This document shows, in pieces, positions 19,783 through 29,744 of a stretch of 64,000 nucleotides of DNA. The stretch is from contig CAZUHV010000003.1 of NCBI GenBank assembly GCA_964620965.1, forward strand, positions 12,777-76,776, in the 5' to 3' direction. The stretch is from an uncultured Pseudomonadales bacterium. Its GTDB lineage: Bacteria > Patescibacteriota > Microgenomatia > UBA1400 > PJMF01. The notes below the pieces were generated by a model. That model was not told where the DNA came from. It saw only the letters and a program-made list of their open reading frames with translations, and searched no databases. The position numbers and the translations under genes are program-made. Numbering within the stretch: position 1 is the stretch's first letter; every line of letters starts with the position of its first letter.

Positions 19783-21678
19783 TTAGAAATTTTCCAATTC
19801 TACAATTGTTGTTGCATCAGTCCAGTTCTTATCATCTCTAAAATCAATGAGGCGAGGAAAGCGCAAAGCAACCCCAGCAGAATGCGTTGGAGATTTTGTA
19901 ATTTCATCTGCGGCAATTTCTACAACAAGTTCTGGTTTCATCCAAACATCAGGAATGAGACTTTTTTCTACATCATACTCAGCAGGTTTTGCTTGTGTTG
20001 CTAGTTCATCTCCACGTATTTTCAATTCTTTAAATTGTTCATCACTTAAACCCGTTCCAATTTTTGCAATTGTTTTAATTTCTTGTTTATCGTTTAAAAC
20101 TCCAACAAGAAAAGCTCCAACTCCAAACTGAGATCGTTTACCGCGACCAAAATAATATCCCATTACAATTAAATCTAATGTATCTTTTAGCTTTCCGTAT
20201 GTGCCTTCTGTTTCTTTGATTTTGACCCAACTCCAACCCTTTCTGCCACTTTGATAATGGGAATCTACTTGCTTAATAACAGCTCCTTCCAATCCTTCAT
20301 GCAATTTTTTTTCATGGAATTGATGTAGCTCTAAATCATTTGAAGTAACAATATAGTCTGCAAAAATAAGTATTCTATTTTCTTTAAAAAGTCCTTTTAG
20401 TAAATCTTTTCTTCTATGCAAATTTTCATTAATATAAGATGTATTACCCGAAAATAATACGTCAAAAACATAAAACCTAATTGGCACTTTCTGTGAAGCC
20501 TCTGCAACGTCATGCTTACGTTTTCTTGTAATTGTGGATTGAAATGGTAGTAGTTCTCCACTTTGAGAATCATAACCAATTGCTTCAGAATCGAGTATAC
20601 AAGCATCTGTCTTAAGCACAGTTCCAATGTCTAACAATTCTGGAAACATGTGTGTCACTTCCTCTAAGTTTCTCGTAAATGCTCTCACATGCGTACCATC
20701 TTCAAAACCTTTTTTTGAATAATGAATTTGAACTCTTAAACCATCATACTTAGGTTCTGCAATAACGGTTCCCATTTTCTCAATAATCTCTTTTGCAGTA
20801 TTTAAACGCTGACACAATGCAGGAATAACTGGAATTCCAACTTGGACCTGATATTTTTCTGTTAATTTTTCTGCTATTATTTTTTGATTTTCTATACTAA
20901 GCTTATGACTTTTTTCTGAAATCGAGTCTTCTTCTTTAGGCCAATCATCTTGCTGTTGTGCAAGTTCTAGGTAAACTTGCCCCAATTCGCCAACATCAGC
21001 TCGTTTTTGATATGCATCTTCCAAGAGTTTTCTATGCTCTTTTGAATGAGTCACTGCCCAAGAAAAAGCATCTAGAATTGTCATTGCGCTAAACCCAAGC
21101 CGTAATTTTCCAACAATAATTCTAGTAATAAACTTTGCTGAAATTGGAGCAGCAAACTTAAGCAAAGAAATTAATTTCTGTAGTTTTCTTTCTTGTGAAC
21201 CAGTTCCAGATTCTTTTGCAATCTCGACTAATTTTTCGTACACAACTAAAATAGAAAATTCATTTTCATCATTTTTTTCAGATTGCATTGAACTCTCAGA
21301 TTGTATTAAGCTTTCGTGAAAACCTTGCACTATTTCAAAAGCCACTTCCCCAATATCTCCAGAAGACTTGTATTTCTTTGTAACTGTTTCAAGTGAAGAT
21401 GAAATGTCTGTGTCACCAAAAAGACCTAATCCTTCTCCAAAGCTTTCAGAAAACTCTGAATGAATAGTTGCCAAAGCCTTTAACACTGTTTTTATACTTA
21501 ACTGAAATTCAAGAGACAAATATGCAGGGACAAGGCTTCCTTGCATCAAATAACTTGCTGCTTTAATCTCTGAAACATCTATTTGTGTATATAAATCTGC
21601 AAGTTGATACATCATCTCTAAACGAGAATCTGTTTTTTCTAAATTTGCTAATTTTTCTGAGAAAAGTTTAAACTGCAT
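19783..21678 (-). CDS. lig: ATP-dependent DNA ligase (archaeal/LigI-like architecture)
   Basis: Motif I EPKYDGLR, FDVL, EGAVIK, WVKIK, GTGLSD, LRFPR..FRDDK, with an N-terminal DNA-binding domain. Confidence 0.95.
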   Translation of the reverse strand: MQFKLFSEKLANLEKTDSRLEMMYQLADLYTQIDVSEIKAASYLMQGSLVPAYLSLEFQLSIKTVLKALATIHSEFSESFGEGLGLFGDTDISSSLETVTKKYKSSGDIGEVAFEIVQGFHESLIQSESSMQSEKNDENEFSILVVYEKLVEIAKESGTGSQERKLQKLISLLKFAAPISAKFITRIIVGKLRLGFSAMTILDAFSWAVTHSKEHRKLLEDAYQKRADVGELGQVYLELAQQQDDWPKEEDSISEKSHKLSIENQKIIAEKLTEKYQVQVGIPVIPALCQRLNTAKEIIEKMGTVIAEPKYDGLRVQIHYSKKGFEDGTHVRAFTRNLEEVTHMFPELLDIGTVLKTDACILDSEAIGYDSQSGELLPFQSTITRKRKHDVAEASQKVPIRFYVFDVLFSGNTSYINENLHRRKDLLKGLFKENRILIFADYIVTSNDLELHQFHEKKLHEGLEGAVIKQVDSHYQSGRKGWSWVKIKETEGTYGKLKDTLDLIVMGYYFGRGKRSQFGVGAFLVGVLNDKQEIKTIAKIGTGLSDEQFKELKIRGDELATQAKPAEYDVEKSLIPDVWMKPELVVEIAADEITKSPTHSAGVALRFPRLIDFRDDKNWTDATTIVELENF

Positions 21679-21708
21679 AGTGACCTAAGTGTAGCATCAG
21701 AAAAAAAA

Positions 21709-22806
21709 CTATTCTACTAATTTATAGTGCACACCTTTAGTAACACCGTGTTTGCTGATAATATTTTTTTCAATTAAGTCTTTAACATCACGCAAAATTG
21801 TGTCTACGGAAACATTTGGTAAAACTGCTTTCATATCATCTGAAGTAACTGAATCTTGTTGTTGAAATAGTTCTAGTAAAATAATTTGGCGCTCAGAAAG
21901 AGCAACCTGTTCACCAAGTTGTTTTTTCAGTTTCAGATCTTTAGACAACCTCATGACCTGGTTTTTCACTTTTTCAACTTCAATTGCAAGGCCGTAACAA
22001 AAATATTCTAACCAATAGGTTAAATCAGCATCTTGTGTTTGTTGCACAGATAATAATGCGTTGTAGTAAGCTTCAACATCTCCATCAAAATACTGTTCTA
22101 AAGAAAAGAATCGCTTAAAATCATACTCTGATAAATATAAAAGTAATGTTGCCATCGCACGAGCAGTTCTTCCATTTCCTTCAATAAATGGATGTATGTG
22201 CACAAGTTGATAGTGAGCAATTGCTGCACGTAAAATTGGATGAGTTATATTGAAGTCTTCAGATTTTACCCACTCAAAAAAATCCTGAATTAAAAAGGGA
22301 ATTTCCATAGAAACTGGAGGTCGATACACAATTGCAGAGTTTGTTGCACTACTTACAATAACCTGTTTATCTCTGTATACACCAGAATATGAATCTTCAA
22401 TAACACGAGCAACCGTTAATTTATGTAAAATTTTCAATGTATTTTCTGTGAAAACTGTTTTAATATCTCCAGTTCGTTGTTTTTCTATCCAAGAAATAAC
22501 GTTACGATAATTTAAAACTTCTTGAATATCTCTGTCTCGAGCAAGAATTCCAGCTTTTTGAGCAATTTGTTGTGAATCAACTTCATCTCCCATTCGCACG
22601 ATTTGTTGTGCTTGCTCTTTGGTTAAATCATTTCCTTCAATTTTTGTACCAAAATGAACAGTTCTCGTAAAAGCTTCGTCTCTAAACTTAGCCTCCCATG
22701 CAGGAACTAAAGGAGCATGATCTATCATTGCTTTTGCAGCTTCGATTCTTGAAATATAAGTCAGTAGGTTATTGGTGATTCGAAAATTAGGTTGATACAT
22801 ATCCAT
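21709..22806 (-). CDS. Fic family protein with C-terminal winged HTH
   Basis: HPFIEGNGRTAR Fic motif; TKIEGN; C-terminal VSVDTILRDVKDL...GV.Y. Confidence 0.92.
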   Translation of the reverse strand: MDMYQPNFRITNNLLTYISRIEAAKAMIDHAPLVPAWEAKFRDEAFTRTVHFGTKIEGNDLTKEQAQQIVRMGDEVDSQQIAQKAGILARDRDIQEVLNYRNVISWIEKQRTGDIKTVFTENTLKILHKLTVARVIEDSYSGVYRDKQVIVSSATNSAIVYRPPVSMEIPFLIQDFFEWVKSEDFNITHPILRAAIAHYQLVHIHPFIEGNGRTARAMATLLLYLSEYDFKRFFSLEQYFDGDVEAYYNALLSVQQTQDADLTYWLEYFCYGLAIEVEKVKNQVMRLSKDLKLKKQLGEQVALSERQIILLELFQQQDSVTSDDMKAVLPNVSVDTILRDVKDLIEKNIISKHGVTKGVHYKLVE

Positions 22807-22936
22807 TTTGATGAAGTTATAATTTTTTTGAGGACTTCATATACGCTTGAGAAAGTATACAGTATTGTTGCAAAATTTGCAGGGATAGTTTGTGAAGGTT
22901 GAAAGAAACAAAAAAAGATTTAAAAAGAGATAAAAA

Positions 22937-23743
22937 TTAATCAATAATTTCTTGCCAAAGTGATTTAGGCACTTGCTCTACTAAGTCTGAAGCATTGAAA
23001 AACGGACCAACAGCTTTATATAACTCATCTCCCGCTCTTTTATTTACAAAACTTGCAATTGCAGCAGAAACTTGTGCAGTATTAGTACAATACAAAGCTG
23101 CAACAAGACCAGCCAACACATCTCCTGTACCACCTTTTGTCATGCCTTCATTTCCACCTGTGATAATTACTTGTTTTTTTTCATCATTTTCAAACCAAGT
23201 AACAATATCAGTAACACCTTTAAGTAAAATTGTTAATTTCTTTAAATCCAGCTGAACATCTACAGAATCTGCTTTTTGTAGCAAATCCTCCATTTCTTTA
23301 GCATGTGGAGTAATAATATGATTCGAATTGAACAAACTAGGATCTATCATTTGTAATGCACCTGCATCAATAACAAATTTTTTTTCTGGATATTTTGAAA
23401 CTAAAAGATTTACTAACTGTTCTGTTTCTGCATTTCTTTCCATTCCCGGACCAATCAAAATACAGTCGGCCTCAACAATGTACTCTTCTAAAGAATCCCG
23501 CTCTATTACTATGCCATTCCAAAATTCGCTTTTAGCCATCTGAATAAGCTCATTATTTTCTAAAACTGATGAATAAAAAACCATATCAACAATTTTTGAA
23601 GCAACATCTAAACTCCATTTACTTGCAGCATGAAATAATTTTGAGCCACCAATAAGAAGCAACTTTCCATTCTGACCTTTATGAGAATCTTTTTTTGGCA
23701 AATGAAGCTGCTTGAAGAATTGTTGTATCTCTGATTCGTTCAT
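22937..23743 (-). CDS. nnrD: ADP-dependent NAD(P)H-hydrate dehydratase
   Basis: SHKGQNG.LL.IGGS, IGPGM, VIDAGAL, ITPH.KE, GGTGDVLAG. Confidence 0.9.
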   Translation of the reverse strand: MNESEIQQFFKQLHLPKKDSHKGQNGKLLLIGGSKLFHAASKWSLDVASKIVDMVFYSSVLENNELIQMAKSEFWNGIVIERDSLEEYIVEADCILIGPGMERNAETEQLVNLLVSKYPEKKFVIDAGALQMIDPSLFNSNHIITPHAKEMEDLLQKADSVDVQLDLKKLTILLKGVTDIVTWFENDEKKQVIITGGNEGMTKGGTGDVLAGLVAALYCTNTAQVSAAIASFVNKRAGDELYKAVGPFFNASDLVEQVPKSLWQEIID

Positions 23744-23755
23744 ATTTTTATTTTT

Positions 23756-24916
23756 TTATAAATAAATTACTTCAATATTATCTGTTGCTTGCCTAATATC
23801 TTCAAGTACCGCAGGCTCTGTTGTAGTTACTACAGACTGATAATTCTTTAAAACGCTTAAAGCAAGCGCTTTACTATCATCATCAAGCTCAGACAAAATA
23901 TCATCCAATAATAGAAGCGTATTTTCATGAGATTGTTGTTTTAAATATTCCAACTCACAAAACTTGAGCCACAAAACACCAAGACGTTGTTGGCCTCTAG
24001 AACCAAAAGCATCTAAACGAAGTTTGCGTCCATTTTTTTGTAAAAATACAATGATATCGTCTTTATGAGGTCCAATTAACGTATGCCCTGCAGCAATTTC
24101 TTTTTGTTGGTATTCTTGGATACGTGAATCAGAAATAATTGAAGGATCATACTCAATGCTAAAATTAACTGGAAACTCTACATTCGAAAATGAATCTAGA
24201 AACTGTTTTCTGTATTTTTGTAAGACAGTTCCATTTTTAACTAAGTTCATGTTCCAATATTGCAGCACTGTTGCAGGTTGCTTTTTTTCTCTTATTAGTT
24301 GTAACAGTTTGTTACGACGTTTAAGCGTTTGCTCATAATTTTTTAGCGAAACTTCATAGTCTATATATAGTAGTGATAAAACTGTATCTAGATAACTGCG
24401 TCGACGAGCCGGAGAACCTTCAATTAATCTCATATCTTCTGGTCTAAAAACTACAGTATAAAATTTACCTGTCGCATCTTTTTTTCTTCGGCGCACTCCA
24501 TTTACACTAAACAATCTTCCTTGAGTTCTTTTGCCATTCACGACTCCTCTTGTAAGGATTATTTCTACTTCGTCAGTTGGAGTTGAATCTTTACTTGTTA
24601 TTCTTATACTATTTTCTGCATTTGTTTCAATTGCTGTTTTTTCATCTACTAATTTTTCCCCGCCTACTTTTCTATTTTTGGAACTTGTATCTAAAATGAC
24701 GCCTTTCACCCTTGAAAGTTCACTGTCAAACTCAATCATTTCATCAACTTTTCCAGCTCGAAAACTGTTTCCTGTAGATAACAAATTGAGTGCCTCGACA
24801 ATACTAGTTTTTCCAATAGCATTAGAACCAATAATCACAGTCGTATTTTCTGTAAACTTTAAAAAATAGTTTTTGTGAATTCTAAAATTCTGTAAAGCTA
24901 TGCCTGTTAGTATCAT
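23756..24916 (-). CDS. recF: DNA replication/repair protein RecF
   Basis: QNFR, GSNAIGKTS, GSPARRR.YLD, GPHKDD, GSRGQQR, LLLDDILSELD. Confidence 0.95.
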   Translation of the reverse strand: MILTGIALQNFRIHKNYFLKFTENTTVIIGSNAIGKTSIVEALNLLSTGNSFRAGKVDEMIEFDSELSRVKGVILDTSSKNRKVGGEKLVDEKTAIETNAENSIRITSKDSTPTDEVEIILTRGVVNGKRTQGRLFSVNGVRRRKKDATGKFYTVVFRPEDMRLIEGSPARRRSYLDTVLSLLYIDYEVSLKNYEQTLKRRNKLLQLIREKKQPATVLQYWNMNLVKNGTVLQKYRKQFLDSFSNVEFPVNFSIEYDPSIISDSRIQEYQQKEIAAGHTLIGPHKDDIIVFLQKNGRKLRLDAFGSRGQQRLGVLWLKFCELEYLKQQSHENTLLLLDDILSELDDDSKALALSVLKNYQSVVTTTEPAVLEDIRQATDNIEVIYL

Positions 24917-24942
24917 TGCCTATACGGTATCATAAAGCGATT

Positions 24943-25800
24943 ATGAATACACTAGAGATCTCAGCTCAAGAAATCACAGCATTTCAAAACTTCATACTTC
25001 GGTTTTATCAAAAACATGGAAGACATGAACTCCCCTGGAGACAAACTGACGATCCATATTTGATTTTAGTTTCAGAACTCATGCTACAACAAACTCAAGT
25101 CAACAGAGTTGTTCCAAAATATTTGACATTCACCAAAGCCTTTCCTAATATACAAACACTAGCAAATGCACCATTAAGTGAAGTTCTAACTCTCTGGCAA
25201 GGATTAGGATACAATCGAAGAGCAAAATTTTTATGGCAACTTGCACAAAAACTCGTAGAAAAAAAACTTCACAAGAATCAAAACTCAAAAACTAATAGCT
25301 TTCCAGAAACAGAAACTGAACTACAAAAACTTCCTGGAATCGGACCATATACTGCATCGGCAATCACTACCTTTGCTTACAATAATCCGGCAGTAGTTAT
25401 AGAAACAAATATTAGAACTGTTTTTTTGCACCATTTTTTCCCAAACCAAGATAAAATTTCAGATTCAGATTTGCTTCCTTTAATTCGACTGGCAATTCCA
25501 AAAACAAATCCAAAAGAATGGTACTGGGCACTCATGGATTATGGTTCATATTTAAAAAAAGTCTTGCCCAATCCTTCAAGAAAAAGTAAACATCACACTA
25601 AACAAAGTAAGTTTAAGGGTTCACTGCGGCAAGTTCGTGGCGAAATTATTAAATTATTAATAGAGTTTGGCCAATTACCAATTACAGAACTGCAAAAAAA
25701 AATCACTGGAAATAAATTATATTTTCCAGAAGCTTTAGAACAACTACAAACTGAAAAGTTGGTTATTAGTTCTAAAGATGATCTGTTTCGTTTGCCCTAG
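24943..25800 (+). CDS. mutY: A/G-specific adenine glycosylase (HhH-GPD), lacking FeS cysteines
   Basis: RHELPWR, VSELMLQQTQV, WQGLGYNRRA, LPGIGPYTA, ALMDYG; no Cys cluster. Start moved to ATG 24943. Confidence 0.9.
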   Translation: MNTLEISAQEITAFQNFILRFYQKHGRHELPWRQTDDPYLILVSELMLQQTQVNRVVPKYLTFTKAFPNIQTLANAPLSEVLTLWQGLGYNRRAKFLWQLAQKLVEKKLHKNQNSKTNSFPETETELQKLPGIGPYTASAITTFAYNNPAVVIETNIRTVFLHHFFPNQDKISDSDLLPLIRLAIPKTNPKEWYWALMDYGSYLKKVLPNPSRKSKHHTKQSKFKGSLRQVRGEIIKLLIEFGQLPITELQKKITGNKLYFPEALEQLQTEKLVISSKDDLFRLP

Positions 25801-25827
25801 CCTTTTACAAACAACATGCAAATTTGA

Positions 25828-25853
25828 TATTATTTTGATATATCAAAATAATA
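25828..25853. promoter_or_regulatory. Perfect 26-bp palindrome, possible operator
   Basis: tattattttgatatatcaaaataata is its own reverse complement and ends 2 nt before ATG 25856. Confidence 0.45.
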
Positions 25854-25855
25854 GA

Positions 25856-26065
25856 ATGCAAAATAAAAACCCAGAAAAAAAGAACTTTAAACAAAAATTG
25901 AAAGAAAAAAAAGTACTTTTACTTCCTGCTGTTGCGCTTGCATTAACACCTGCAATCATTTATCTAATCAACAACCCAGAATTTGCAAAAAATGCTGGAA
26001 AAGTAGCGCTACTTTTTGTAATTGCACTAATCGCCTACGCAAATGCCCAGCGAGGAAATTGGTAA
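25856..26065 (+). CDS. Small two-TM membrane protein
   Basis: Lys-rich N-terminus then two hydrophobic helices; ATG at 25856. Confidence 0.6.
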   Translation: MQNKNPEKKNFKQKLKEKKVLLLPAVALALTPAIIYLINNPEFAKNAGKVALLFVIALIAYANAQRGNW

Positions 26066-26082
26066 CTGGCATTCCTTAATAG

Positions 26083-27849
26083 TTACTTCTTCTCTATATT
26101 AAAAAATGCTCCACCACAACTATTCCCAGACCATTGTGGAATTCTCAAATTACCTGGTGCACGAAGGTTAAATGCTTTACAAAACTGGTCACCACTCATG
26201 CTTACCCCATTAATAGAAATTGAATTCGTTCTACCATCTCCTAAAGTAACAGAAACACTATTTGCAGCAGAAATTCCTCCATACTTACTTGCAACATCTT
26301 TAAGCTCACCTAATGAATATGGGTTTCCTCCCCAACACTCAGTTGTAACAGGGCTAATTCTTTCTGTTTCTCCAGAATTTCCTTTAGTCAAAACCAAGTG
26401 AGCATTCACAATATCTGCCATCTCTTCTGGACTTAACCAAGGATTTGACCTTCCACAAGTAGAACCACTCGCTGTATATCCAGCTCTCCACCAAGCTTTA
26501 TATAACCAAGGTGAGCCTCCAATATTTTCATAGGCTTTATCAATAAAATTACTCCCACCCCCACCATCTGTAGTATCCCAGCTTCCAGTTGTTGACCAAC
26601 CGCCATGTGTTGAGGCGTAGAACGTTGTTACATCTTCCAGAACTTGACCTTTTGTCTGATCAACAGCATCTTTCCATGCTTGGGGAGGATTATCTGATTT
26701 CGACTTATTAAATACCTGGCAGCTCTCTGTTGTACAAATCGTATTTCCATCTTTTTTATATCGCAAAGCAAATGTACGAGCTGCAACAGCCTGAGCTTTT
26801 AATGCCTCACTATGCCAACTTGATGGCATTTCAGCAATTCCATATAAATAAGTTGTTTCAAAATCCATAGATCCATAGCCAGAAACTGAAATATTCCCAC
26901 TAGTTTCTCCAGATTTATCTACTGGTTCCTTTCCAAAATACTCATTGAGAATTTGTTTAAAGTTCTGCCCAGATTCAGCACGACCACGTGCTCCATATTG
27001 ACTCATCCCTTTTCTATGGCTATATGCTCCAAATGAGAAAATTGCAAAATACCCTCCTGGTGCCTGCTCTCTAAATCCTTTGATTGATGCTAAATAGTCA
27101 TCCGCCAACTCAATATCACCTATAGAAGCAGTAAATCCACCACTCCTTGCATTTATAATTTCTTGCTGTCTTGCAGAGAGATCTGCAATCTTTCCTGTTA
27201 ATTCCTGTTGGTAGTCTTTTGCTTTACTAATTTCCACTTTAAAAAACTTCGCTTGTTCGTCTAGTTGTTTTTCTAAAGCAGCAAGCTGCACTTGATTGTC
27301 GGCAAGTTTTTGTTTATCTGCTTGTAAATTAGCAATATCTTCACCAATAGCTTTGATAAACTGATTATCCTGATTTTTCACAGATTCTCTATATGCTAAG
27401 TCTTTTGAAAGGTCTGATGCCGATTCGCTAGCTAAAACCGCAATTAGTGGAGAGTATGTCCTGAGGCGTTTATACTGTCGTGCAATTCTTCTGGAAAAAA
27501 TCTGGTACTGAACTGAAAGATCCTTTTCCCTTTGCTCAATTTGTTCTGCTAAATCCGCTTCTTCTTGTTTCGCTTTTGTAATTGAGAATCGTGCATTTGA
27601 AATTCTTTTTTCTAGTGAACTTACTTCTGCTTCCAAAGGTTTTGTTGCATCTTCAGAAAGTCGCTTGAGTTTTTCTAGTTCGTCAATTTGTTTTTGAAGT
27701 TCTTCAACCTCATCTGCAAAAACTTGTCCAACTAGAGAACTTAAAAAACTAAAATTGAAACGACTTGTTTTAGAGAGAAAACTCAGTTGTATACCTACAA
27801 TAATAAGCAATACCAAAAACAACTGAACCATTCTTTTCAGTTTATCCAT
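26083..27849 (-). CDS. SpoIID/LytB-domain lytic transglycosylase with N-terminal coiled coil
   Basis: Signal/TM, about 200-aa coiled coil, GMSQYGA, EMPSSW.SEALKAQAVAART, CQVF. Confidence 0.88.
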   Translation of the reverse strand: MDKLKRMVQLFLVLLIIVGIQLSFLSKTSRFNFSFLSSLVGQVFADEVEELQKQIDELEKLKRLSEDATKPLEAEVSSLEKRISNARFSITKAKQEEADLAEQIEQREKDLSVQYQIFSRRIARQYKRLRTYSPLIAVLASESASDLSKDLAYRESVKNQDNQFIKAIGEDIANLQADKQKLADNQVQLAALEKQLDEQAKFFKVEISKAKDYQQELTGKIADLSARQQEIINARSGGFTASIGDIELADDYLASIKGFREQAPGGYFAIFSFGAYSHRKGMSQYGARGRAESGQNFKQILNEYFGKEPVDKSGETSGNISVSGYGSMDFETTYLYGIAEMPSSWHSEALKAQAVAARTFALRYKKDGNTICTTESCQVFNKSKSDNPPQAWKDAVDQTKGQVLEDVTTFYASTHGGWSTTGSWDTTDGGGGSNFIDKAYENIGGSPWLYKAWWRAGYTASGSTCGRSNPWLSPEEMADIVNAHLVLTKGNSGETERISPVTTECWGGNPYSLGELKDVASKYGGISAANSVSVTLGDGRTNSISINGVSMSGDQFCKAFNLRAPGNLRIPQWSGNSCGGAFFNIEKK

Positions 27850-27978
27850 ATTGTTCGTATTGTACTTAGAATAGGGCTAAATATCTACTTACGTAACTAT
27901 AACAAACATACTCATTTGGTATGCATTTGTACTCTGGCATGTATTTAATTTATACAGTACAATATAACTACTTGAAAT

Positions 27979-29187
27979 ATGAAGAAAATACTACATATTT
28001 TTATTGCTTTTATTTTTCTTAGTTTTGCATTTTTTGGTGGAACAAAACAGGCGTATGCACAATCTGCTTGTACTTCGGCAATCAGAGCAAGCTTTAGTAT
28101 GAGTAACTGGGCTCCTTCATATGGAGGATCTTTTTTGGCAGGAGTAGATGCTTCCCCAGTAAACCCAACATTTTCTGGTTTAACTGCTAACAGCCAGTAC
28201 GTATTAACTTGTCAAAAAAAACAACTGTTTGGTTGGAGTTCTAATTTGGCCTCTTGGAATTTTTCAGCTAATGCAAGTGGAACTGGGACTGTTAATATCT
28301 CTAACAACAGTGTCTGTTGGGAAGACAAAGATGATTATCGGTTAATGATTGTTATCCAGTCAAGCGGTGCCAGTTGTCTAGTCCAAGAATATGAGGTTCT
28401 TGATCAATCAGAGGGAGTACGGTGTGTTACTAAAAGTGCAACAAACGCAAGCGGTCAATCTGGATGTTTTGAACAAAATGAACAAATTAATTGGAGTTTT
28501 GAAGTCGTTAATGGAGACGGAACTCCATATACAGACGAATTAATGGTGAGAACAACAAATGTTTATGGTGGAGGACTTGGGGCAGGCAGGATATTCAGTA
28601 ACCCTTCTGGGGTCATTACCGGCACTGATACTGCGATAGAGCTATATGAAGATGTCCCTGAAGATTACAACACAAGTATTGTTTACACAGTGTTTGCTGA
28701 AGCGGATATTCAAAAACAAATTGCAAGTTGTACTTTATATGCAGGGAATGTAAAACAGGACATGTGTACAGAGGATGACTATGAAAATGGGGCCACTCCT
28801 GGAGTAGACACCTTTTCACTTTGTGACCAAATTCCTGAACAATTTGAGGAACAAAAAACAAGCTGTAAAATCTGTACTGAAGGTGAGGGTGAAAACGAAG
28901 CTAACAAAGGTGTCTGGACAGCAATAGGCTGTATAAAAAGAGAACCTCAAGCGATTATGCAAAGACTTATTACAGTTGGACTAGGTATTTCTGGAGGTGT
29001 CGCCCTTCTCACTTTCCTTGCTGCTGGATTCATCTTTAGTACCTCACAAGGAGATCCAAAAGCTTATGGAAAAGCCAAAGAAATGATGACCGCCGCTATT
29101 GTAGGAATAATTTTTGTAATATTTTCAGTAACAATACTACAATTCATAGGATATGAGGTACTCAAAATACCTGGATTTGGTGGATAA
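27979..29187 (+). CDS. Secreted Cys-containing domain fused to a C-terminal VirB2/TrbC-like pilin domain
   Basis: AYA|Q signal; C-terminal TAIGCI...TM-GF..STSQGDP....KAKEMMTAAIVG-TM hairpin. Confidence 0.8.
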   Translation: MKKILHIFIAFIFLSFAFFGGTKQAYAQSACTSAIRASFSMSNWAPSYGGSFLAGVDASPVNPTFSGLTANSQYVLTCQKKQLFGWSSNLASWNFSANASGTGTVNISNNSVCWEDKDDYRLMIVIQSSGASCLVQEYEVLDQSEGVRCVTKSATNASGQSGCFEQNEQINWSFEVVNGDGTPYTDELMVRTTNVYGGGLGAGRIFSNPSGVITGTDTAIELYEDVPEDYNTSIVYTVFAEADIQKQIASCTLYAGNVKQDMCTEDDYENGATPGVDTFSLCDQIPEQFEEQKTSCKICTEGEGENEANKGVWTAIGCIKREPQAIMQRLITVGLGISGGVALLTFLAAGFIFSTSQGDPKAYGKAKEMMTAAIVGIIFVIFSVTILQFIGYEVLKIPGFGG

Positions 29188-29189
29188 TT

Positions 29190-29645
29190 ATGAAACTAGT
29201 TTCTAACTTAAAAAAAATATCAATTGTATTACTGTTATTAATTTTAGTTTGCTTTGCATCTCCTGCTGTTTCCTTTGCCCAAGAAGAAAATGGTGAAGGT
29301 AATGTAAACATGCAAGGCACAATACTTGAAGGCCCAAATAATGGCTTTTTCGACGCCATGAACCCACTTAAAACAGAGGGCTCTCCTGTAGCAGAACAAC
29401 TTTCTACACCCGGTGGAATTGTTTCTAGAGTTTTGAACTTCCTCTTTCCACTTGCTGGACTAGTCTTATTTGTAATGTTAGTCTGGGGTGGTTTTGAAAT
29501 TTTATCAAAGTCATCTCAAGGTACAAAAGGGGTCGAAGCTGGCAGAAACAGAATTACCGCAGCAATCGTTGGGTTCATTTTACTTTTTGCTACCTATTGG
29601 ATGGCTCAAATTATTGAGATTGTCTTTGGAATTGTGATCGTTTAA
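29190..29645 (+). CDS. VirB2/TrbC-like pilin
   Basis: SFA|Q signal; TM-WGGF...GRNRITAAIVG-TM. Confidence 0.8.
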   Translation: MKLVSNLKKISIVLLLLILVCFASPAVSFAQEENGEGNVNMQGTILEGPNNGFFDAMNPLKTEGSPVAEQLSTPGGIVSRVLNFLFPLAGLVLFVMLVWGGFEILSKSSQGTKGVEAGRNRITAAIVGFILLFATYWMAQIIEIVFGIVIV

Positions 29646-29744
29646 ATTATTGTCAAAAAAATTTGGCTAAGTAGACAAAAATTGCATCCAGCATTTTTTT
29701 TCTACTAATTTGTGTAACTCAAACTATATTTTTTTAATGAAAAA

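Noticed and set aside
21709-22806. Fic gene as a toxin-antitoxin or mobile module
   Set aside because: No adjacent antitoxin or mobility gene; a stand-alone Fic-wHTH is common. The upstream tgcaaa-a-tttgca palindrome (22869-22881) is too short to call.
19783-24916. Inteins in the ligase or RecF insertions
   Set aside because: The inserts are short and lack the C/S...HN-C/S/T splice motifs.
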